Positions 9,443 through 18,500 of a DNA stretch of 64,000 nt are shown here, piece by piece (the first letter of the stretch is position 1; each line of letters begins with the position of its first letter). The position numbers and the translations under genes were made by a program. Location of the stretch: NCBI GenBank assembly GCA_035577805.1, contig DATLUX010000650.1:16943-80942 (forward strand), given 5' to 3'. This DNA comes from Verrucomicrobiia bacterium. GTDB lineage: Bacteria > Verrucomicrobiota > Verrucomicrobiia > Limisphaerales > JADJPG01. The notes under the pieces were generated by a model. The model was not told the DNA's origin and did no database searches. It saw nothing but the letters and a program-made list of their open reading frames with translations.

Positions 9443-10273
9443 ATGCCGTGGGCCATCGCTGGTGCCGGATTAGCCGCCGCAGGATCGATTGGTAGTGGCC
9501 TTATCGGCGCGTCCGCGTCGAAAGATGCCGCGAAAACACAGGCCGACGCAGCCAATAAGGCAACCGAACTTGAACGCCAGATGTATGGCGAAACGGTTGG
9601 CCGGATGCAGCCGTATGTCGAAGCCGGCGGCAACGCGCTCGGCGAACTCCAGCGGCTCTTGGGTATTGGCGCGGGCGGTGCGGGTGCGACAAGCCCGCTC
9701 CTGCAAATGCTGGGCTACGGTGGCGCTGGCGGAACGGGCGCGGGCAACATCGATCCCAGGACATTCCAGGGCTCCCCCGGTTACCAGTACCAGCTTCAGC
9801 AGGGCACCAACGCCGTCACGAACTCGGCGCACGGTAATGTGGGGGGCAACGCTCTCCGGGCATTGCAGCAGACTGGACAAGGACTGGCAAACCAGAACTT
9901 CAACCAGTACCTCGGCAACTTCAGTGGCGCATGGGGAAATCTGTTGGGGAATCTGTCCAACCTGGCGGGCTCGGGACAGAACGCAGCGGCCAATTTGGGT
10001 GGCATCGGAACCGGAGTGGCCAGTCAGATCGGAGCGAACACGATCGGCGGGGGGAATGCCCTGGCGGCCGGGCAGGTAGGAGGCGCCAACGCGATTACAG
10101 GAGGCTTTGGCCAAGCCGGGACAGCCATCGGATCAGCGTTCCAAAATCCGCAGTTTCAGTCCTGGTTAAAGGGATTGGTTTCCTCTGGTGCGAACGACGG
10201 CAGTGGAACGCCGTCATATATTTCCTTGGATCCAACCGGTCAGTCGATAGCGCCTGGTTTCGCAACAGGCTGA
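9443..10273 (+). CDS. DNA transfer/ejection protein (P22 gp7-like)
   Basis: Gly/Ala-rich N-terminus, AAKTQADAA, PYVEAG..AL, SPGYQYQLQQG, G.NAAA motifs. Confidence 0.75.
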   Translation: MPWAIAGAGLAAAGSIGSGLIGASASKDAAKTQADAANKATELERQMYGETVGRMQPYVEAGGNALGELQRLLGIGAGGAGATSPLLQMLGYGGAGGTGAGNIDPRTFQGSPGYQYQLQQGTNAVTNSAHGNVGGNALRALQQTGQGLANQNFNQYLGNFSGAWGNLLGNLSNLAGSGQNAAANLGGIGTGVASQIGANTIGGGNALAAGQVGGANAITGGFGQAGTAIGSAFQNPQFQSWLKGLVSSGANDGSGTPSYISLDPTGQSIAPGFATG

Positions 10274-10285
10274 AGGTAAAATCTG

Positions 10286-12517
10286 ATGTCGGGTTCTGTT
10301 AACGCTCAAATCCCACTTGCATTCCGGCCCACACCTAATGTGGGACCAGATTACGGGGCAATGATTGCCAATGCACGGCAGACCATGGCCATGCAGCAGG
10401 AGCAACAGCAGATCCAGCAGGTGAACGCCCTGCGCAACGTCCTCGGTGCACCGGGCGCGATCGACAAGACTGGCAATCCGACCAGCGAGACGCTGTCCAA
10501 GGTGATGTCGATCGACCCGAATGTCGGGTTGAAGCTCGGGCAGAACCAGTTGGTGAACCAGCAGCGCCAAATGCAGATGGACAGCCTTCGCACTCGGGCG
10601 GTGGTCGAGAAGGCCGACATGCTGAACGGCACGTACGCGCCGATCCTGGAAGCCTACGAGCGGGCTTTACAGCCGGGCAGCAACACGTCTCCCGAGCAGG
10701 CCGCTGCGGCGGCGCAGAAGGCGACCACGGAGGCGACCGAACGCCTGCTGAAGAGCGGCACGATCTCGCCGGAAGAGGCTCAACGCCTGCCGACGAAGTT
10801 TGATCCGAACGAATTCCGCCAGCGCGCCATGGGCTACAGCCAGTATCAGAACTGGCTCAAAGAGCAGAGGATCGACAAAGAAAACAAAATCCGGGACGAC
10901 CGTGTCGGCACCACGGCGATGACCGATAGCGACAACCGACCGTTCATTCTTCGGCCGAATGCGAGCGGTCCCAAGGCAACCTACCTCGATGGCACGCCGG
11001 TTCCGGAAGACAAACTGACCGGAGCGCACAAGACTGGTACGGGGCGGGTGCCGATGGGGGCCAAGACCAGGGAAGCGATCCTGGCCGACATCAAAACGGA
11101 GCATCCCGACTGGACCGAGGGGCAAGCGAACCTCGAAGCGATCCGGCGCGAACGTGAAGCCGCGCAAAAGGCGAAACCCGAGGATCCGAGCAAGGGTTGG
11201 GAAATTCTGACCGATCCGACCACGAACGAGCAGTACCAGCACCAGAAGGGAACCGGGAAAAGCCTGACGCTCAATGGCGAGCCCTACACGCCTGGTGGCG
11301 CGCAACGACTGGGCGGTCCCCCGTCCGCGGCCAATCAGGACCGTGACGCGACCAAGCAGATCGTCACGCAAGGCTATGAGACGGAACTCGGTCGTCCGGT
11401 TGATCCGAAGAATAAGACTGAGGTGGCCGAACTCAATCGCCGGATCCAGGCCGCCGAGGACCGGCGCAAGGTGCAACTCACTGGTGACAAGGCGGGGGCT
11501 GCGACGAGAGGGCGACAGGACGCGGAAAACCAGGGCGTTCCGGAAACCCCGGAAGCGAAGGCGTCCTTGGCGGCGCAGGCGTCGACCGGCCAGCCGTTGA
11601 ATCAGATCGTCATGGGTTATGGAAAATCGGCCGTCCAGGCGCGCAAGGAGGCGCGTGAGGGTGCCATCGAGAAGATCATGGCCGACACGGGCATGACAGC
11701 CGAACAGGCCGGCGTCGAACTGGCCATGCGGGGCATCGAATATGCCACCGGCAAGCGCAGCGATCAGCAGCTCGGCACGATCCGGGGGGCCACCGTCGCC
11801 GCGGTGAAGCAGCTTGATTACAACGTCGATCAAGTGCTGGAGGACTTCAAAAAACTGCCTGGGTCCGACCTTTCGCCGATCATCAACGCCCTCGTACGCG
11901 GCGAGCAGAGGTGGACCGGTGACCCTGCCTATTCGCAACTGTTCTTCCACATGCAGGCGGTCGCCAATGAGTCCGCGCGTATCCTGTCAGGTGGTCAGGC
12001 GTCCATCGCGCAACTCGCCGAGGGTGCGCGGAAAGAAGCCGAGAAGTGGGCTGGCGTGAACATGACGCCTGCATCGTTCAAAGCCGTGGCCCAATCGATG
12101 CACGAGGAAGGCCAGGCGCGTATCCGGTCGTTCGATGAAGCTCGGAAGGAGCAACGTCTCGGCGAACCGAAGAAGCCGGACGCCGGTGCAGCCGCCCCCG
12201 CCGCGAAGACGTGGCCGACGCCGGTGCCGACCTCTGTTGATCGGTTGCGGCAGAACCCCGCCATGGCGCCGCAGTTCGATGAGGCTTACGGGCCCGGTGC
12301 GGCGCAGCGCGCCCTTGGGACAGCAGCCCCGACGCCGCTCGCGCCGTCGCGCCCAGTTGGTGCCGAGCCCAACGAGCCCGCCCGCACGCCGCCGACCGTT
12401 CCAGCACGCCCAGAGACGGTCCCGGCTGGCAGCGCTTATAGCCCGAGCCGTCAGATGTGGCGCGCGCCCGACGGCAGACTGTATAACGCACAGGGCAAAC
12501 CAGCGGCGGGACGGTAA
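10286..12517 (+). CDS. DNA transfer/ejection protein (gp20-like position)
   Basis: 743-aa helical, Gln-rich protein between the gp7-like gene and the giant internal protein. Confidence 0.55.
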   Translation: MSGSVNAQIPLAFRPTPNVGPDYGAMIANARQTMAMQQEQQQIQQVNALRNVLGAPGAIDKTGNPTSETLSKVMSIDPNVGLKLGQNQLVNQQRQMQMDSLRTRAVVEKADMLNGTYAPILEAYERALQPGSNTSPEQAAAAAQKATTEATERLLKSGTISPEEAQRLPTKFDPNEFRQRAMGYSQYQNWLKEQRIDKENKIRDDRVGTTAMTDSDNRPFILRPNASGPKATYLDGTPVPEDKLTGAHKTGTGRVPMGAKTREAILADIKTEHPDWTEGQANLEAIRREREAAQKAKPEDPSKGWEILTDPTTNEQYQHQKGTGKSLTLNGEPYTPGGAQRLGGPPSAANQDRDATKQIVTQGYETELGRPVDPKNKTEVAELNRRIQAAEDRRKVQLTGDKAGAATRGRQDAENQGVPETPEAKASLAAQASTGQPLNQIVMGYGKSAVQARKEAREGAIEKIMADTGMTAEQAGVELAMRGIEYATGKRSDQQLGTIRGATVAAVKQLDYNVDQVLEDFKKLPGSDLSPIINALVRGEQRWTGDPAYSQLFFHMQAVANESARILSGGQASIAQLAEGARKEAEKWAGVNMTPASFKAVAQSMHEEGQARIRSFDEARKEQRLGEPKKPDAGAAAPAAKTWPTPVPTSVDRLRQNPAMAPQFDEAYGPGAAQRALGTAAPTPLAPSRPVGAEPNEPARTPPTVPARPETVPAGSAYSPSRQMWRAPDGRLYNAQGKPAAGR

Positions 12518-15500
12518 TGGCGATCAATGCGTTACTTCGAAACCAGAGTAGATCGCCGGAAGAAGACGAAGGAGATTGGACGGACCGCACCATGCGCAGG
12601 TGGCGTCCGAACCCTCCCAATCCCAAGGGTGGTGGCGATTTCCCGGACCAGATCAAGGAAGGAATGGCCAGCCGCGATTTATTGGAGGGGGCTGATCCGC
12701 GAGAGGTCATCAACCCGGAGGCGGAACCGACGGCTGGCGGCGTAATCCGGGCATCCGTAAGGGCTGCCGAGGTTGATGATTGGATCGTCCCAACCGCCTC
12801 CGACAACAAGGGGAAGGGAAAGCAAGCCGCACCAGCGGAGGCCGACGACTGGATCGTGCCGCCTGCCGAGGACGCGAAACCAGCAGAGCAACCCGGTATC
12901 ATGTCCCGTGTTGGTGATGCGCTCGCTCCCGTTGGTCGCGCGGCGGTCAAGGCGCTGGACACCATCGGCAACGCTCCTGGCAACGCCATCAAGACCCTGC
13001 TGGAGCGCCAATACGAGGACATCACCAGCGGCTACGCGAACAAGCCGGGATACGAGTATGGTTCGGGGCTGCCATACCGGAAGAACGTCGAGACCGGCGA
13101 CGTCGAATGGGGCTACTCGCCTGAGTCGGCGCGCGCGGTCATCCGCGGGCTCGGGCTGGACCCGCTGAAATTCGACATGACCGATCCACGGCAGCGGGCA
13201 GACCTCGCCGCCGCCGCCGCCGCGCTTGGTGGCTTCAGCCGCGCCCCTGGTGGATTGGGCCTCAGTGATCAGATGCGGCTGCCGCCACCGGGGCGTGGAG
13301 GCCGCGTCGAGCCTGGCTTCGTACCTCCCGAACCATTGCCGGGTGGCGCGCCCGCTTCTCCCGAACCGATTGGACCAAGGCCGCGCCCGGAAGGCCCCGC
13401 CAATGCGCCAACACCAGAAGGAGCCCCGCCGGCCGCTTCGCCCCTGAGTGAGGCGAAAGCCCGCATCCAGCAAGGCGTTGAACTTGCCCAGCAGCATGCC
13501 GAGGAAATCAGGACGCTGCGCGAGCGAGGCGCGACGCCCGAATTGCTCGCCCCAGCGATAGAGCGCAACCGCGCCCATCTGCTGGAACTGCAGACGATGG
13601 CCGAACGGGTGCGCGACCTGGAAAAATCGTCCGCTCCCACGCCAGCGGGCGAACCCACGCCGGAACCGGACTGGTATCAGGAATACCAGCGGAGCATCCG
13701 GAGCCTGGTGCCGACCGATTACGTGCCACCCACGCCAGAAGCGCCGGCCGCTACGGTAGAGGCGCCCGTCGTCGAGGCCGCGTCGGAACCGGTCGCCCGG
13801 CCGGAACCGAGTGCACCGCCGACGGTGGAGACGTTCCAGGACTTGCGCACGGCTGGCTACGACCGGAATCCGGATCACCCTCTGGCGGGCCGCATTGAGC
13901 ATCTGAACGAACTCGCGGAAAACCCCGACCTATCACCGCGCGAGCAGCGAGAGGTAAAACGCCGCGTCCGCGAGTTCGAGCAGTTCATCTCCGTCGTGAA
14001 CGAATTGCCGGTCGAACAGCGGGCGATGGCGCGCTCTCTTCGCCCGGATGATGTCGTTTCCGGCAAAGACAAGGACGGCCGGACGATCGTCGGCGCAGTC
14101 GAGGGATTTGATCGTAATGGCGGGATTGGCGTCATCGACGCCAACGGCCTACAGCACACCATCAAGGCAGACACTCTTACGGACGTTCGTCACGTCAACC
14201 GGACCGGCGTGCCGCTTCCAGCCCCGCCAGCGGATGACGATAAGGAGAAGCCCAGCGGGCAGCAGGCAGAGGACAGCGGGCAGCCGGCGGCCAGCGAGCA
14301 AGCCCCCCCCGCTCCCACGATCGAGGCGCACGGCGGCCCCTGGTCTCCGGTGCTGGACGACAACGGCCAGCCGAAGAAAAACCACCAGGGCGACGTGCTG
14401 GTCGTGAACCCGAACGGTGTCCGAGCGATCATGGACAACGGCGTGCCATGGACCGAGTCAGTCACCGAAAACGAGAAAGGCCTGGTGCCGAAGAACCCGG
14501 ACGACCGGAAGCGGCAGTTCCGGTTCGCCGATGAACCGTGGGCCGATGCGCCAGCGCCGAAACCAGCGGCCAAACCCGAAAAGAAGGCAGAAGCGCCCGA
14601 AAAACCAGCATCGACGGACAGCACCGAAAAGCCCTCTGGCGACTGGAAGCAAATCGGCGAAAACGAGGAAGGCGACCCGCTGTTCGCCAACCCGCAGGGC
14701 GTCCATTCGATCGTCAAGGACGGCGTGCGCATCGTCGAGAAGGTGCGGCTGCGCCCGACGAAGGGCGGCATGGAAATGTCGGTGCCGCCGCCCGATCAGA
14801 AGGAAATGGCGTTCCGGCCGGTGGCCGAAGAAAAGGCCGCCCTCACAGCTTCGGAAACAGCAAAACAAGAGCGGGAGAAAGAAGGCCCGCGTGTCGCCCC
14901 TGTCGATGAACCGCCCGATGAGTTGCGGGGTGCGTTGTCCGGGCTGAGCGGTGGCCGCACACAGCAAACTCCAACAGGCGAAACGCCACCGGCTGAAGAA
15001 TCCCCAGACGAATTGCGTGGGCAATCGACCACGCCGGGTATGGAGCAAGTGCGCTCGGGCAATCTGAAGCCCGGCGATAGCATCATGGTGCGCGGTCCAA
15101 AGCCTTGGGTCGTCGAGAGTATCAAGACGATGCCGAACGGACAGCTTGGGATCAAATTCGAGGGAATCGAAAAGGCTCAAATCGCCAACCCAGAGCAACC
15201 GGTCGATCGGGTTTTGGCTGAATCGGCACCAGCGCCGATCGAGCCCGAGATCGTCACCCACGTCACCAAGAAGGGGAAAACCCTCACGGGGACGATCCGT
15301 AGGGACATCGGCCGCGACGAAGCCAAGGCGCTTGATCCGTACAGCTTCCGCAAGGATGGTGGGTGGTTCATCCGGTCGTCGGCGACGCAACCAACGGCGG
15401 AACCAGCCGCGCCGAAGCCCGCCGCAACGGCGCCAGCACCCGCGCCTGTGGCCGAAAAGTCCCCGGTGCGGCAAGCCGTCGATCGGGTGGAAAGCGGGCA

Positions 15501-18500
15501 GATGACCGTGCCGAGCGCGCTGCGCTCGATCGCCAATCATGCCGCGAACGGCAGCGCCACCGCCGCCGAGGTGCGGGAAGCCCTGGACGATCTGAACGTG
15601 AAGCCCGACGCTTCGGAGTGGCAGGGTGCGATGGCGATCTTCCCCGGCGCGCGCGCGCTGATGGGTGAGGCCACTCCCGAGCCATCGGCACAGACACCCG
15701 AGGAAGCCTTCGCCGCCGCTGACGCCGCGTGGCGTGCCTATCAGCCGACATTCGAGAAGGCGACTGCTGACTATCGTGCGCAGCGTATTGGCGACGACGA
15801 GTATCTGGCGGTCCGTGCGGAGCATGAGCGACTGAGAGACGCCGTCGATGCCGCGCAGGACGCCCTGCCGGACGCCGAGGAACTGGAAAACCAGCGTCGC
15901 ATCAAAGCGGGCATCGAAGAGGTCGCACTGGACGAAGCCTATCGCCAGGCTGACGATCCGGGGCTCGAAGACCAGATGGACGACATCCGCGACATGCTGA
16001 AGCGCGGCTGGTCGCCGGGTGATATCGCTGTTCAGGAGGGGATCGATCGCACGCCGGCTGAAATTCGCGCGCTTGAGCATGTGTGGCGCGAGCAGGGATA
16101 TCTGCCATGGGAGAGGCCCGATACCGGGCAACTCCCTCTGACCGATCGACCGATCCCATCGTCGCTCGACGTGGCCGAGCAGCAGGCGAAGAAGAACCAG
16201 GCCAACGCACCGGTGTCAGCCTTCCCCGACGCCAACAGCGACATGGACCCGCTACTGGCGAACAACATGGATCGGCTCCGTACGATGTATGGTCCCGATG
16301 GGATGATGGCGCGGATCGTCGCGCAATGGCTGCACGAGCGGGAGAAGATGCCTCTCGGTGAAGATCGGGCCATTAAGCCGCAGTCGGTGCAGAGCGCGGC
16401 CGAGTTCGTTTATGAGGGAAAACTCGCCGACAACGCTTTCTCGCGCGATCGGATGTATGACGCGGTCGAAAGCGGCGTGAACCTGTTCATCGCCAAGCAG
16501 CCCGAACGGTTCGCCCCGACCGGCGACCTCGCACGCGCCAATGAGCAGGCCGCGCAACTGGCCGAGATCAAATCCTGGCTCCCGACGCAGACTGTCCGGT
16601 CCGGCGACAAGGTCAAACTTCAGCAGTTCAGCACGCCACCGGATTATGCCTTCGCGATCTCATGGGTGGCGAACATCCGCCCGGGTGAAACCGTGATCGA
16701 GCCGTCAGCCGGCACCGGGGGCATCGCAGTGCACGCCATGAACGCGGGCGCGAAGGTGGTCGGCAACGAAATCTCGCCGCAGCGCCGCACCATGATGGAA
16801 ACCCTGCCGTTCGACCGGATCACGAAGGAAAACGCCGAGCAGCTTCACAACATCCTGCCGCGCGACATCAAGCCGACCGTGGTGGTGATGAACCCGCCGT
16901 TCTCGTCGGCCGGTGACCGCATGGGCGGCAAGATGGTGTTGGAAACCGGCGCGGTTCACATCGAGCAAGCTTTGAAGCGGCTGGAACCTGGCGGCCGTTT
17001 GGTGGCTATCGTGGGCGACGGCATGAAGCCAGAGGGTGCGGAGACAGCGGGGAAGGATGGCCGAAATAACGCCACCGGCCGAGCATTCCGTGACTGGTGG
17101 AAGAAAATTGGTGCGGAATACGATGTTCGTGCCAATATCGGTGTCGGTGGCGAAATCTATCGCAAATACGGCACGACGTTTCCCACCCGCCTTCTGGTGA
17201 TCGACAAGGTCGCGCCGAGCGGCCAACCACCATTGGTGACGACCGCGCTGACGTCGGCTGAACTGTTGGATGCGCTACAAGGAGTGCGCGATGCCCGCCC
17301 AGGAAGTGCCGGTGAACCAGTGGCCGATCAATCAGGCGGCGCTCCGGTGGCTCAACCAGGCCAAGGAGCCAGCGGATCCGCAGGTGCCGTACGTCCTCCA
17401 ACTGGCGACGTGGGGGCTGGAAGCGGACAAGATCGACCTTCCACGCCCTCTGGCCCCAAGCCAACCGGAACCAGAGGCGATCAAGCAGGTGGTGTTCGGC
17501 CTGGGAGCGGCACACGGCCGGCAGGAGGCGTACGAAGCGATGCGCCGACTGTTCAGCAACCCAAACCTGACGCACAGGGAGGAGCAGGACAACTTGCTGT
17601 CCAGCCTGCAACAGGCGAAGTCGTCCCAGGAAGCAGCCCAGGCGGTGATACAAGTCATACTCGACCTGATGGTAGCGACCTCGCCGTAACACCGCCGGCG
17701 CCGGAACTGCTGGAAACCAGCATCGTCGTCCCCGAGGAACAGACCGGCGGCGAACTGACCGAAAGCGTCTACGAGGATTACCGGCCGCAGCGGATCACCA
17801 TTGAGGGTGCGCAGCCACATCCTGGCCCATTGGTGCAGTCCGCGGCCATGGCATCGGTGCTGCCGCCGACGGTCACCTACAAAACGGCGCTACCTAAGAA
17901 GCTGATTACCGAAGGCGCGGTTTCCGCCGCGCAGTTGGAGGCGATCGTCTACGCCGGCAACGCCCATTCGCAGACCTTGGAAAAGGACAAGGACGGTGTA
18001 GTGAAGCGCCGGGGCTTCTTTATTGGCGACGGGACTGGCGTGGGTAAGGGCCGTGAGGTTGCCGGCATCATCCTGGACAACAAATGGCAGGGCAGGAAGA
18101 AGGCCATTTGGGTGTCGGAGAAGATGCCGTTGGCGAATGATGCCAAGAGGGACTGGGCTGGTCTTGGGCAGAACCCGAACGAAATCCTGGTGCACAACAA
18201 GATCAAGGCCGGTGACGAGATCAAGCACGAGGGGATTCTGTTCACCACGTATGACACGGTGAAGTCGGGAGAGAAGTTTGGTGGCGCTACCCCGGAGGAA
18301 TGGGAAAAACACGGGAGGCACGGGTTCTTTGACGGTGCCAAAGTCACGGCACAGCATCCATTAACTGGCCAGACCGCTGAATTGACAATCGTCGGCAACA
18401 AACCATCAAAGGACACCCGAACGGAGATAGAGTGGAAGGTCAAGGAGAAGAACGGCAAGACCCACAATATGGGCCAATGGCTTTTGCTGCCGCAGCAAGT

